From NCBI GenBank assembly GCA_963713605.1, contig CAVQMO010000001.1, forward strand, positions 896,001 through 960,000: a stretch of DNA of 64,000 nucleotides, given 5' to 3'. The translations under genes were made by a program, and so were the position numbers. The stretch comes from an uncultured Nitrososphaerales archaeon. Its GTDB lineage: Archaea; Thermoproteota; Nitrososphaeria; Nitrososphaerales; Nitrososphaeraceae. The notes below the pieces were generated by a model, which saw only the letters and a list, made by a program, of their open reading frames with translations, did not search any database and was not told where the DNA came from. Positions 32,143 to 45,025 of this stretch are shown here, in pieces (the stretch's first letter is position 1; each line of letters starts with the position of its first letter).

Positions 32143-33473
32143 TTAGTCCTGCCTCCTCTTTTTTTTCTTATTACTTCTATATTTCATTCCCCTGCCATAG
32201 CCTCTGTCTCTACCTCTGTCGTCGAAATGTCTACCACCTTTTCCTCTCCCTCCTCCTCCTCCTCTTCCTCTAGGCCCTGAACCGAACCTTTCAAAGGGTC
32301 GGTTTCTTAAGTTTCGATTAGGTCGTTCTGGAGGCGGCTGACTATATTTCTGTTGAATCTCATTTATTCTAAGTTTTAGTTTGTCAGAAAGAGCGATGTC
32401 TTTTTCACCTTTTCTGTAGAGGTCAATCCTTGCAGCAATCGAGGCCTTGGAGGCTACAAATCTTGCTATTTTTCCTCTCTGCCACCTTGGAGCAGAATGG
32501 ATAAGTGGATGTTGAAAAAGAATACCATGTTTAGGAGGTACTAGCACCTGTTTTTAAAGATCTAAACAAGGCCTTTTCTGCACCTAAAACTTGGACGGTG
32601 CTGGACGAAAGGTGCGCAAACCTTTCCAGACTTCCCGCTTTGGCTATCATCCTAGCTCCAACTAAAGGGCTCAAAAGTTCTTTTGTATTTGGTGCAATTA
32701 GCTCCATCGTGCTTTCGATGTGGTCAGCGATGATTCTTCTAAGCTCTGTCTGAAGAATCACCTGGTATGCAAGCTGCTTTACAATTGCCAGGTTTTCCGA
32801 GGTGATATCTCCACCTCTGCTCCTTGCAGCTGCTTGAAGTACAATCTGCGTCCTCTTTTCGTCCAGTCCCAATCTTTCAAGCAGCTCCCCTGTTACGCTA
32901 GTCCTAAATCCTGCTTCTCTAACTATATTTGCATATAGGGATAGGCTCTGGATCAAATTATCGAGCTCAGGAAAATGCAGACCATACCACTCCCTCATTC
33001 TAGTGCCGATTGTGTTGATTATCTTGTCAAGCTCATCTAATGCGCTGACCGCTTGGATTACATGCAGGTCAAGCTCCTCTGATGATTCCTTTATTTTTGA
33101 TGAGGATAGATCGATTGCGAATTTACGTAGCTCGCGCTGCGCCTGTGTCTTGTTAGAAACAAATTCAGCCTTTTCTAGAATAGATTCCTTATGCAATAGC
33201 ATTATTCTAAATTCATCATCGCTCATCAATGTGCTACTAATTCCATTCTGCTGCAGAACGAAATTCAGAGCTCTGATCGTTAGATCTCACGTCTGAGTAA
33301 TCTCCAATATTTCCAATAATCTGTCCCAAACCAGTAAATCTGCCTCCATTCTTAATTAAACGATAAGATTCGATTGGATTCGTGAATTTAGTTGAACCTG
33401 ATACATTTTCATTTTCATCTAAGAGGATGATTCCAAGTTCGCACAATATAACCGAACATTTACCATCCGACAT
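32143..33473 (-). CDS. nop5: Nop5 (NOP56/58) C/D-box RNP protein; two frameshifts
   Basis: [30 protein letters not shown] and RGKIAR spread over three ORFs; adjacent to fibrillarin. Confidence 0.93.
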
Positions 33474-33821
33474 TATTTATCTACAATAATTGTGAGGTAC
33501 TTGAGGCTATTAAAAAGATATCACAGGACGGTAATCATGATATTCAGAATCATCACCTTGGCAGGATTTCAATGAGGGTATTTAAGAAAATTTCGCAATC
33601 AGAAACAGACCATTGAAATTTGTAAGGAGGCAAGCGAGTTGTCACATGGACTTCGTTTACTTAGCATTTCTATTTTTTCGCTTCTTCTATCGATCTTGTA
33701 TCAATGGAGTAGTCCTACCTCTACCTTTTATTTGGCCTACATCTGCAATTCCGGAAACGGCAATCGACATAACCAAGCGGCTAAATCCAGCCAAACAACC
33801 AACAATGTAGCATGACCCATG

Positions 33822-34157
33822 CTAAGGATTATTCGGCACATATCGGTGAGGTCTCATATGTAGGGAATCATTTTTTATTTTGATTATTGATGCCTTGTTC
33901 ATCTGAATTAGCATGGTTCTTAGGGATTCCCTAACCCTGGATTCCCTATCGCTAGAGATCGAAAGTACCTCATAAACCAAATCTTGGAACGATATCCCGT
34001 TACACATATTCCAAAGAGAGACGGCTGTATCACTGACCCGAAATCCTTCGCCCTTGAAATTTATCAAAAGTGGAGTTCCGTCCAAATCGTTACTCACAAA
34101 ACCCCTTCGTAATATGATAGAATATGAATCAATTTTTCTATCCCTTAAACCCAGCAT
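33822..34157 (-). CDS. Small protein resembling a PqqD/RiPP recognition element fold
   Basis: Beta strands (PLLINFKGEGFRVS), then DTAVSLWNMCNG and helices ending LIQMNKASIIKI; matches the PqqD pattern by eye only. Confidence 0.55.
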   Translation of the reverse strand: MLGLRDRKIDSYSIILRRGFVSNDLDGTPLLINFKGEGFRVSDTAVSLWNMCNGISFQDLVYEVLSISSDRESRVRESLRTMLIQMNKASIIKIKNDSLHMRPHRYVPNNP

Positions 34158-34413
34158 TTCGGACCGGTATCTATTTTTGCTCAGAAAGTTATTTAATCAT
34201 TTGTAGATCAATGACCGTTAACCAATTGGTTGAATAAAGTTAAACGAGTTAATCCAATCCATATTTCTTTATTATAGTCACCATTATTGTAGCCAAGCCC
34301 ATCCATCTATTATCAACAATTACTTCAAACTCCTAAAATGTAACAACGTGCAAGAGAAGCGAAACTGATAATGCTTAAATCTAGTTTGAGCCCATCGGTA
34401 ATAGTAGAATTAG

Positions 34414-34884
34414 TTGTCATTTTTCAAGAGATTATTGAGTCAAAACGATAACAAAAGCAAGAATCAAATTCCCGCAAAGGAGGAAAAAAAACCATTAAAG
34501 GCTAATCGCACAATAGTTCTGACTCGGGAAACGGCAGACGGCATTATCACATTTGCTAAGAGCTGGCATCCCAATGAAGGAATATTAATACTTAGAGGGC
34601 AAAATAAACACAAGAAGGACCAAGTACACATTGATGGGTTAGTCGTACCCCCTTTCGCCTCGCATGGTCCATACTACTCAGGTTTCCCAAGTTACGACTT
34701 GCCCTTTGACCTTTCATACGTCGGAACGGCCCACTCACATCCTGGAGGAACGAACCGTCCATCATTGGCGGACTTGAACAATTTCTTTGGATTAGTCTCA
34801 ATCATCATTAGTTTTCCTTATGAAGAGAATTGTATTGGAGCATTTGATCGAAATGGGAAATCTCTTCCGATTATCATAGCGTAG
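34414..34884 (+). CDS. JAB1/MPN/Mov34 (JAMM) metalloprotease
   Basis: PNEG and GTAHSHPGGTNRPSLADL (E...HxH-x7-S-x2-D). Confidence 0.9.
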   Translation: MSFFKRLLSQNDNKSKNQIPAKEEKKPLKANRTIVLTRETADGIITFAKSWHPNEGILILRGQNKHKKDQVHIDGLVVPPFASHGPYYSGFPSYDLPFDLSYVGTAHSHPGGTNRPSLADLNNFFGLVSIIISFPYEENCIGAFDRNGKSLPIIIA

Positions 34885-35021
34885 CAATTTCAGATCCGCC
34901 CGCGAGGCAACCCCAATAGACGGCTAGTCACTTTTGGCCCAAAATATTCAGACCCGAACTTTATCTGGGGTCATATCCTATTATGTCAAATCCTTTGCCC
35001 CTGTGAGCACATTTCAAAACC

Positions 35022-36460
35022 CTAGGTAAATCTCACTTTTGACTGGGTACGCGATCCTCTAGGACTGGTAACCGATTCAATAGCATTTCCAATCAGCGCA
35101 AATGATATGCCTGCCGGAGCGATCAAAATGCCAGGCGGTAGTATCCACCACCAGAGACCTCTGGCAGCTCGCTGAGGCAGTATTTGCGTCATGAAGAATG
35201 CTTCCCCAGGTTGGGATCGAAGGATCACCCAGACCTATAAAACTCAACGTTGCTTCAGCTAATATCGCTGCAGGGTACTGCTAAGGCGATGCTTGCAAAG
35301 GTAAGTGGTAGGAGCTGAGGCAAAATATGCCTCAGAATGATCCTAATATCTCTCTCGCCCATGAGCTTCGAGGCTTCAACGTATTGAAGATTCTTTATCT
35401 GTAACGCAAGACTCCTTGCGACTCTTGCAATGCCACTCCATCCAAAGATGACGAGGAAAAGGGTTATGAGGTAGATACTACTGCCAATAGTAATAGAAAG
35501 GATTATAAGAAAAACGAATGTAGGGAGGGAAATCACGAGGTCGTTGATCCTCATCAAAGCCTCATCAAACCTTCCTCCCTTATAGCCAGCTAGAAGCCCA
35601 TATAACATGCCAATAGTAACTGAAGAGATAGCAGCTGTTAAACCTACAAATAATGCTACAGGGGCACCCCAGAAAATACCTATGCTTAAATCTCTACGTA
35701 AATCATCAGTCCCCATTAGACCGTAGACCTTACCGCCTAGGATTACTTTTGTATTCTCTACTTTGTCCTCCGCACTAAAAAGGTAGTACGTAATATTAAA
35801 TAGGTATTGTCCCTTAAGTACCACCTCTTCGTCAAGGCTAGAAAATATCATCTTTTGGGGTGAAGATAGGTCTGGACTGTAATCGAAAAGTCCGGTGTAT
35901 GCTTGTAAATTGTCTCTAATTGATTCATTTGTGGAGAAGATTCTAGAGCAGTATTCATTTAGGTTAGATGTGCTTTCTGATGATATTGCGCTTGATGGAA
36001 GTGGAGAATTGTATATCATAAAGCTCTCGCCATCCGGCCTGGTGACATCAACCTGGATTACTGGAGGGATGTCACCATATCTTAAGCAATAATCAATGAT
36101 AAAATCTGTAGGAAATGAATTGTAACCGAAGTCAATATCAAACAAGAACGAATTAGTCGGAATGCCCCCGAACGAACTGTTCTGCGTTTTTGCATCGCTG
36201 GGTCCGAAGATCATGTGATTAGGAAGATTAGCTTCTGGAAACAGAGAATTTACCCAAGAGGGTGCGGCAGATTTTGGATAATCAATCCAAATTCCGGGAT
36301 CGTTCCACTGACTAAAGGATTCTAGCGGCACTGCGATAAACGCATAGACAGTCATAGCGACCAAGATCCCTAGAATGAAGAAGCCTGCAATGGCGGCCTT
36401 GGTATGCAGAATCCGACGAATTAATATATTGAAATTACTTTCAGATTCCGAGACTTTCAC
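35022..36460 (-). CDS. Peptide/nickel ABC transporter permease (DppC-like), frameshifted
   Basis: MGTDDLRRD, YVEASKLMG, RHILP and WWWILPPG. Confidence 0.9.
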
Positions 36461-37507
36461 GATGACACCTTAACTCTTGGATCATAGTATGCATAGAGGA
36501 GATCGGCTATCAACATTGTCATCACATAAATTAATGTAAATATGTAAGTATCTTCCCAAAATTATAGGAATATCCATTACGATTATTGCATCATAAAGTA
36601 GCTTTCCAACTCCAGGCCAGTCAAATACTGCTTCTACGATGAAACTACCAGTTATTGAAGCAATTAGGGCAGTGACTATTCCCGTCAAGATTGGAGGAGC
36701 TGCGTTTTTGAGTGCGTGAGAGTATAATATTTTTCTTTTTGGAATTCCCATCACACGTTTTGCTTGGATATAGTCTTCATCCAAAACACGGGATACAAAG
36801 TAACGCACCACAAATGACCAAACTGTAAAGCTCAGCAGGACTAATGTAATCAATGGCAAAATCATGCCGTACAACAGGTCCAAGAAGTAAAATGGTTCTC
36901 CCGGCGAAGTCAATGGCGTAGATCGAGCAGGAAAGATATCAAGGGTAAATGAAAATAACAGTATCATCAACATACCCACCCAAAAGGTCGCAAAGCTATT
37001 ACTGACAACGGCAACAAATGACACGCTCTTGTCAAGAGCCGAACCCCTTTTCTCTGCCATGTATGTCCCTAAAAATAAGCCAATCACAACAACGATCACT
37101 GTAGAAGTTGTAAAGAGCAATACCGTCTTAGGCACTCTCTCCAAGATTATGTCGCTGACATTAGAGGAGCCGCTATCTGATATAGCGTAATTAGATCGGC
37201 CTAGATTAAACGTGAGTACTTCAAAAAGAGTATTGACGAATCTTTTGGGGGAATACCACGGTTCATCCAGTCCAAGATCCTTGGTCTTTAACTGAATTTG
37301 TTCATCGACGTAGGCCTGGCGCTGAGAAATTGTCTTAAACTGAATCTTATCCTGAACAGTTGCTTCAACTACTTCAGCTCTTATCCTATCAGTCAGCAAT
37401 TTGTCCATAGCAGAGCCAAGAAGTATCAGTGTGATAACTACTGTAATAACAACAACTAGAATCCTGTATGCAGTAGTTTTGGCGACAAAAAAGAGAAAAC
37501 TAGTCAT
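36457..37507 (-). CDS. Peptide/nickel ABC transporter permease (DppB-like); frameshift near the C-terminus
   Basis: EDYIQAKRVMG, HALKNA and EAVFDWPGVG; the true end ADLLYAYYDPRVK overlaps the DppC start (GTGA). Confidence 0.9.
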
Positions 37508-37522
37508 CCACGAAACATCTGG

Positions 37523-40177
37523 CTAACTGAAGTTGATGTCATCTATAAATGGTGTAGCTGGCCTGGTCGTCAGAGATGAGACCACCTCGCCACTGAATAG
37601 ATTTCGAATCCAATAAAATTCTGGCTTACCTTCCTGACATTTTATACTCGAGGTGTAGGAACAGACGCTGTATTGCCATGTGATGTACTTAAAATGCAAT
37701 AATTGCAATCCCTTTACTACCCCTGCTGTTGTTGTTGTTGTTGTCTGTTGTCTCGGACCGGACAAGGGGTTAACAGCTATTAGTGTTGTAGTTTGCATAT
37801 CGGGTCTATATGCAGAATCACTTACAGCGAAAACCTTCATTATGCTCGGGCCGGTTGGTATAAGGGTGGTCTTGTTCGCAGGTATCTCTATCGAATATTT
37901 GCCATTGCCGTCTGAAACTGAGGTATTGCCTGAAATTACAGTTCTTCCATCCTTGTCCGAAATAAAGTAAAAGACAGAGGCATTTTCAGCCGGTCTACCT
38001 TGTATGCTAACTGTTACATTTGCCTCGAGCGGACTCTGTCCAGCGACAACGTTTCTCGGTACGGACACCTTATCGATCGATGCGACCTTGGCTGTCTCGT
38101 TACTTTGACCAATGGCCCTTCTCAAATGGATAAGAACTGTCTCTAAATGCTTTGAGAGTTATCACTCGCCCTTCCGGATTGTACGAGTCCAAGTAAAAGG
38201 GTCCGTTACCTATAATTGCGTGCTTGTGTGTATCGATCCATTTGATACTCGCATCATACCTTTTGATTGCTTCCTCAGGGGTTACAGAATCTCTAAGTGG
38301 AACGGGGACAAATCCTTCGGCTTTCATCGCAACCAACTCATTTCTAATCATAGCCGCATGTGAGGGAACTATCAACGATAGCCAAGGCACATTTTTAGAC
38401 GATGCTTCACCATTTGAAAAAGCAGCTTTTCCAGAAGTAACTAGTCTCTCGCTAGCTCGCAGTTATTTCCCACGGAGATTGTGACCAGACGCCCGCCGCA
38501 TCTGCTAACTCCTTGTCGTCAAAATGCCACTGGTCAATATAAGATTCGACTGTCCGGTTATCTAGGAACCTTGTACCCTTTATAAGAGGTAGGCCAGGTT
38601 GCACGCCAGCCATGAACTCTGGATCGTTCGTTAAATCGGAAGGATCGCCAGTATCCTTCCCCCACTCAAAGACAAAATATTGAGGGTAAAGCAGGTCAGC
38701 AGGAGTCATCGGAACTCCGTGATGCCAATTAGAATAAAGGGTGTCGTACTTGACTACTGAAAATGCTGTATTATTCTTTCCAGGACCTTTCCACTGCTGT
38801 GAAGTTGGATCCCAATTTAACGAATCATTGGGAACAATAAGCTTTTCCAATGGCCCTTTGGTTGTTATATTAACCCACGGAGTTCTCATTGGAATTACTT
38901 CTCCAGTATAGGGATCCCTAAATGTACCAGGATCAGACAGGGCTGAGGAAATGTCTCTGCAATATTGATCCTTGCAACCACCAATTCCATTCCACGCTCC
39001 TTGAAATATCTGCTTAACGCCAATGTCAAGGGTATTTGAAGGATCTTGAGTTCGTGCATTTATCAGCGAAAATTTACTAGAAATTCCTGCACCAAAATCA
39101 TTTACAAGACCCGTAAGACCAGACGATGCTACGTAAGGATCGACTAATTGTGCAATAAAAACTCTGACTGCCTCCTGTACTCCTAAATCTGTGGCATTTC
39201 TAACAAGTGAATTTCTCTCCTTTTCGGAAGTAAAATTAAGGAACTGAATTCTTTGCGTTAACTTGTCTATGGTATCATTTTCGTAATTCCAAAATGCAGG
39301 GTTTTGTTGGCCCGGCATATTTCCGAAATATGGGGCGTACATTTGTGAGGGAATCACGGGGTTGTATTTCACAAAACCGCCAGTGCCACCAAAAGCCTCA
39401 GTATATATATTCCATCCAAGATCTTGAGGATCAGAGCCGTAAACTACTGTATTCGCTTTGTTCAAGTCACCATAGTTCCTCTTCACGGTAAATCCTGCCT
39501 TTTCTATCTCTGAAGCTACTCAGCTCTCCAACCGATCTTAGAGGCTGATTGTCACTTCTCATCAGTATTGAAATGGTCACTGGATTCCCATTAAACATCC
39601 ATTTTCCATTTTCTTTCTGGGCACCAGCTTTATTCATTGCGGCTGTTATGATTTGGTTAGCGAGTCTAGGGTTATACCCTAGTCCGGAAGACTCAACTGA
39701 ATCAATTACGTTGAAATACTCAGGCGAGAAGATTCCGTAAGGACCCACAAGAGGCGTACCCAATCCTTTTAGGATTTCATCTACAACAAACTCTCTGTCT
39801 ACTAAATAGTTCATTGTGTACCTCACCTCCCTTAATGAAAAGGGATTCAACGAGCCAGAATTATTTGATGGCGCAGGATTCAGTAGTAATCCAAAAGATC
39901 CGGAAAGTTTGTCATACTCCTTTAGATTCGGAATATTTTTAATTTCGGAGGCTGCTTTCTAGTGGTATTCTAAAATAGTAAGTATCAAGACTTCCTGATT
40001 TCAATTCCTCTAAAGCCACATTGTCGTCTAGATATTGAATGAATCTAACACCATCGATATATGCTCCTGTGCCATTGCTCTGAGCCGCACTAGCAAGAGC
40101 AGGAGTAAGAGAACATAAGTTAGTAGGGCAAGAATGGACAGAATTGGAATTAGAATTGGAATTCTCTCTTTCTTCAT
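37523..40177 (-). CDS. ABC transporter substrate-binding protein (family 5), several frameshifts
   Basis: Signal peptide MKKERIPILIP..., NPFSLREVRYTMNYLVDR, WHHGVPMTPADL and IGNGPFYLDSY; C-terminal Ig-like domain with a Thr linker. The 3' end is uncertain. Confidence 0.85.
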
Positions 40178-40274
40178 ATCTAACCCCACTTCACTAGATA
40201 GTAAACAACTAGGTTCCATTCTTGATTCGAGATTCTGTAATTACAGCAAATTAGGGGGAACGTAAGGTAGAGTT

Positions 40275-40727
40275 CTATAACGAATGGGAAAATTTCGCCA
40301 AACGTCTTCGGTTTTCAAAGTAGCTAGAACTTCCAAGAGGATTCACGTGATTGCTTGATAAATATTTTCTAATGTCTGACGCTATCATAGCTTGGTCAGT
40401 AGCCATTCGACGAGCGTAGTCACTGGGAAATAACTTGGGGATATCCATTCTATCGCTACCCATAGTCTGCTCACCTTCAGTGCGTTGTGATTCAGCATGG
40501 TTGATGCCATTTGAGCTACTATTTTCAGACGGATCTCCATTAATTACGTGACTAGAAGATCCGTCTGCATTAAGAAATGATGGATCTTGTTGGTCGATAA
40601 ATTCGGAGTGAGGTATTTTGTCTCCGTAAGCTGGGGGAATTCTACGACGAATAATTTCATCTGGTATCATTACAAATAGCGTACGTATTGGCGCGATATT
40701 AATTTGTACTGCAAATATTGGCATCAT
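40275..40727 (-). CDS. Hypothetical protein
   Basis: 150-aa ORF with no recognised motif. Confidence 0.4.
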   Translation of the reverse strand: MMPIFAVQINIAPIRTLFVMIPDEIIRRRIPPAYGDKIPHSEFIDQQDPSFLNADGSSSHVINGDPSENSSSNGINHAESQRTEGEQTMGSDRMDIPKLFPSDYARRMATDQAMIASDIRKYLSSNHVNPLGSSSYFENRRRLAKFSHSL

Positions 40728-40986
40728 ATGGCGAGGTGTAGTATTATCACATTACTTTGATATATGATGTTTGATTGCGTTGACTAAATTGTCATATTTT
40801 AGCGCTTTTTCCATAAAATATAGAAACAATATTAATTTATAGTAAAAGCGTTGCGTGTTTTAACTCATACTTGTAAAAATTTCAAATCTGAGTCATAGAT
40901 CCTTATTCAATAGGAATAACTTTATATATTAGAATAAAACATTTATACTAGATGCGGTGTTCTGACAATTTTTCTGGTGAAAAACT

Positions 40987-41902
40987 TTGGTAAAAGACAT
41001 TACTTTGTTCAATGAAAGATGCCCGCGATGCGGAAAGGGCCCCATGGTTACAGATAATTCTAGTGGAGAAATGTTTTGCGGAAACTGTGGGTTTGTGATT
41101 ACAGAAAGAATCGAAGAAATGGGTCCAGAGTGGAGAGCCTTTTCAAAGGAGGAGCATGAGGATAGGAGCCGAGCCTGGTGTGCCTACTTCGCTAGCCATG
41201 CATGATATGGGGCTGGCGACTATCATTGGTCCTATCGATAAAGACGCTTCTGGCAAGCCATTGTCGGCCTCCATGAAAAGCACTATCGAAAGGCTTCGGA
41301 CTTGGGACAGTAGGAGCCAAGTCCATGAGCCGGTAGACCGTAATTTCAGGCAAGCATTTAGTGAGCTCGATCGGCTCAAAGACAAGCTAGCAGTAGGAGA
41401 CGCTGTCATAGAAAAGGCAGCCTACGTATATAGGAAGGCTCTGGAACGGGGTCTGGTGAGAGGGAGATCCATATCAGCATTAGTTGCTGCTGCTTTATAT
41501 GCTGCTTGTAGAGATACCGAAACCCCCAGGACATTGAAGGACATTGCCAATGCAAGCAATATCAAAAAGAAGGATGTTGCTAGGTGTTATCGACTTCTGA
41601 TAAGGGAGCTTGACCTAAAAATGCCTGTAGTCGACCCAGTCAAATGTGTAGCCAGAATCGCAAGCAAGGCAGGGCTTTCAGAAAAGACAAAGAGAAAGGC
41701 ACTTGAGATTCTAAAGAGGGCGGAGGAAGGAAAAATATCTGCGGGTAAGGACCCAATGGGACTTGCGGCAGCTGCACTATATGTGGCTTGCGTAATGAAC
41801 GGTGAGAACAAGACACAGAAAGATGTAGCAGAAGCGGCTGGAGTAACTGAAGTCACAATCAGAAACAGATACAAAGGATTGAAATTGCACCTAAAGTTGT
41901 AA
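40987..41902 (+). CDS. tfb: Transcription initiation factor B; frameshift near 41175
   Basis: Zinc ribbon CPRC...CGNCG, GPEWRAF, HDMGLAT and two cyclin repeats ending GVTEVTIRNRYK. Confidence 0.96.
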
Positions 41903-42211
41903 GTATTAATTAATTTTAGCCTGTACGCAGAGCGGAGCATCTCCATCACAGTATTGAATGATATAATAAAAATACATGAAGTGGGTTTGTAAGAAGTGTG
42001 AAGGGTGTAATAAAGGCATGAATAAATAAAAAATTATATAATACTCAAATGATCTAATCCTCTAAAATAAAGCTTTCTAAGTACCTGTACTCTATTTCAT
42101 GGAGGGAAAGCAGTGTCAATTATCCGTATGAGACTAGAACTATTATACGTTCAAACTATTACATGGAGACGCCAGCACCTTTTAAAAGGAATTCAACGAG
42201 AGTCTGCCAGT

Positions 42212-42520
42212 TCACTGAACTTCGATAGCCTCCTCATTGAAACCCATTCTGAGCAGATAACCCTTGACATCATCCCGATGGTCACCTTGGAGCATTATGA
42301 ACCCGTCTTTTGCAGTGCCACCGCATGCAAACCTGCTCTTCAATTCCTTGATAATACTCTGAACATCACTTTGTTTTGGATCAATACCTTCAATCATCGT
42401 AGTTGTCTTGGAGAAACGCCTTTTTTCTAGTCGAACGATGATCCTTGTGTCTTCTTTCTCCAATTCGCCACAAGCACAAAGATCGTCGGGAAGGCCACAT
42501 TTCTTGCAAATAACCGCCAT
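42212..42520 (-). CDS. sui1: Translation initiation factor aIF1 (SUI1)
   Basis: CKKCGLPDDLCAC, LKSRFACGGT and LQGDHR. Confidence 0.95.
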   Translation of the reverse strand: MAVICKKCGLPDDLCACGELEKEDTRIIVRLEKRRFSKTTTMIEGIDPKQSDVQSIIKELKSRFACGGTAKDGFIMLQGDHRDDVKGYLLRMGFNEEAIEVQ

Positions 42521-42707
42521 CTATTAATAGATACTTCCCCAATTCTTACTTTTAAGCCTTGCCTGATGAGATTGGAATCTCCTGATGGTTACTTACTCAT
42601 ACCATCGCTTGATGCAATAGGCAAAGACATGAAGAGACCTACCGTACCAATTCTCATCCCCTAATCGCAATCTATTTAACCGTCTTAGGGTCCTTAAAAT
42701 TATAGCA

Positions 42708-42881
42708 ATGAGCAGTAGCAGTAAGAAAAAGAATGCACCGCTTCCAGCATCCAGTGCGGGGTTACTTCGATTCTTTGAAGATGAGACTAAGGGGATTAAG
42801 ATCAGGCCCGAATTGGTACTTGGGATAGCCGGTGGGATAATTGGTGTTTCTATCCTCATTCGCCTAGTATTCCCTGTGTGA
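42708..42881 (+). CDS. secG: Preprotein translocase subunit Sec61beta/SecG (not in ORF track)
   Basis: MSSSSKKKNAPLPASSAGLLRFFEDETKGIKIRPELVLGIAGGIIGVSILIRLVFPV. Confidence 0.93.
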   Translation: MSSSSKKKNAPLPASSAGLLRFFEDETKGIKIRPELVLGIAGGIIGVSILIRLVFPV

Positions 42882-44678
42882 AGACAGTTTTTATGTTCAG
42901 TCAGAGAGAAGATAGCGTTTCAAATATACATAAAAGATGGGCACTAACCAAGCTTAATCCATCCACGAGCAAAGTTTCTTTTGTAATTACGTGCTGCGCC
43001 TTTACAGCTCTTGTTGTCCTTACCAATGCTTTCGTAACTGGTGTTGGATTCGATAACATTTCCTACCTCATCTACTATGTCGTAGTGGGCAACATTGCCC
43101 TATTCGCACTGAACTTTTTGGATTATACCCTTTTGAAGGGTACATCTTTAAGCAAACTATCAAAGGTTTTTCATGTATCTGCGTTCTCGTATCTTATCTG
43201 GCTGCTTACTTTGGCCATAGGAATGCTCACTCCCAATTTGATAAGCAGTGATGGTTCTCCAACGAACTCTAGTTATCTACTGGAAGGACTGCTCTTTGTG
43301 GCTGGTTTTAGGATATGTATGTTTAAATCCGTTTTTGGCGCAACATTAGCCCGAGCTATCATTGTAGGACTTGTCGCTCCATTTACTATTCTTTTTTTCT
43401 TTACTCCACTTCCATTTATCCCAGAGGTATTTTCAGACCCGATCGCACTTGGATACGGGCTTGCTCTTGTCGGTATGGGAATTTTGTGGGCGATTATGGC
43501 AGATCGTGCGGGAAGACCAGAGATTAGCAGCACGTTTGAAGTCTTGCAGGCATTTTTGGCAGCTTGGACAGAGAAAGATGGAACAAGATTTGAGCGCATA
43601 GCAGAAGAAAAAGCAGACGAAAAACCTGTCTCTACATTCATGATGAGGTTTTCGCTTGACAAAAGCAATGGATACTCCCTTGTTATTCCCGAAGTCCATC
43701 CTGGTCCTTTCCTTTCTGTGGGAGGCAGTAATCTGCCCTATGTTCTATACAATGCATTTTCGGGAAGGGCGATGGTTCTGCACGGAGTATCTGACCACGC
43801 ATTGAATATTCCTTCCAAAGAAGAGCTGGACAGATACTTGAGGGGTCTCAAATCCGCAAAAAAGCTCTCCTCACACAGCCGTTGTTCGAAGCCGGTCAGA
43901 GTGGAGGATGGTTACTGTAGTGTGACAGGAATTAGATTTGATAATGTCTGTATGTTAATTTTGTCCATGTCTCCAAAAGGTATGGAGGATGTTCCTCATT
44001 CAGTCCTCTCTCAGCTTACCCATTATTCTAAGAAGATGGGATTTGATTCCTTACTCTTAATAGATAGTCACAACGCAATGGGTGCTTCGTTGGACGCACA
44101 GCAAACAGAGCGGCTGCTTAGGACTGCCGAGCGCTGCCTTGACAAACTGGTCTCTGCAGTAGAATATCCGTTTCGAGCAGGCTATTCCAATATAAATGAC
44201 ATACCAGTTGGGACTAGTCTCCAGGACGATTTGGGTGAGTCTGGCTTGGCTGTGCTTGCATTGTGCATTGACAGCAAATGGAACTTGTTGTGCTGGGCTG
44301 ATTCTAATAACATGAAGAATGGCCTGCGTGAGCAGCTTTTGAAAAAACTGACAAGTCAAGACCATCATATAGTTGAGATTCTGCACTTCCGATACCCACG
44401 GTACTTCAGGAAAAAGGACTAGGAATGGCTACTTTGCACTCGGAGAGCTTAGTAAAGAGGATTCGATAGTAGAAGCATTTCAAGCATTATCACTTCGAGC
44501 CATGGATTCAGCAGAGTCTTCGTCGCTGGAGCTGTACTCAGCTATATCAAGGATAAAGGTTATGGGATCGAAACAGCTAAACGATTACTCATCTGCATTA
44601 GATAGATCAATGAGGCTCACAAAAATATTCTTGTGTGCCTTGGGAGTGACGTTTGTTAGTATGACGCTTTTGACTTGA
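42878..44678 (+). CDS. DUF2070-family membrane protein; frameshift near 44385
   Basis: Multi-TM N-terminus, VHPGPF..VGGSNLP, IDSHN, DSNN and TSDTH. Confidence 0.85.
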
Positions 44679-44812
44679 GCTGTAAAAAATTATCGCCGAA
44701 GAATAATCGATTACATTTGTTCTCTTTTGCGAAACCAATCTATACCGCGTTACCTTTGGATTGGCACGAAGTAAACTAAAGAGAATGTGATTTTTTTCGC
44801 TTTTTAGTTGAG

Positions 44813-44887
44813 TGGATGGGGAGAGATTTGAACTCTCGATCACCTGTGTGTGAGACAGGTATCATAACCAGGCTAGACTACCCATCC
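44813..44887 (-). tRNA. tRNA-Val(CAC)
   Basis: Reverse complement GGATGGGTAGTCTAGCCTGGTTATGATACCTGTCTCACACACAGGTGATCGAGAGTTCAAATCTCTCCCCATCCA folds as a cloverleaf with anticodon arm CCTGT-CT-CAC-AC-ACAGG; no intron and no encoded CCA. Confidence 0.96.
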
Positions 44888-45025
44888 AATTTTCTGCGAA
44901 GAGCCAGCGAGTTGCACCTCTCTTACAATGCTAGACCGTATATTTGAATATATTTCACTCGACTTCATCTCCTCTAATCTCTGAGATTATTTTATTCGCT
45001 GACTGCGAATCAGGGTCGATAGCAG

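Noticed and set aside
33640..33820. RiPP precursor peptide next to the PqqD-like gene
   Set aside because: The short ORFs here (e.g. MGHATLLVVW..., MSIAVSGIAD...) show no leader/core pattern, and no maturase is nearby.
40987..41902. Programmed frameshifting or pseudogenisation of tfb and other split genes
   Set aside because: Breaks are scattered across many housekeeping genes with no shared slippery motif; sequencing error is more parsimonious.
44700..45020. Integrated element at tRNA-Val
   Set aside because: No integrase or duplicated tRNA 3' end was seen, and the flanks are core genes.
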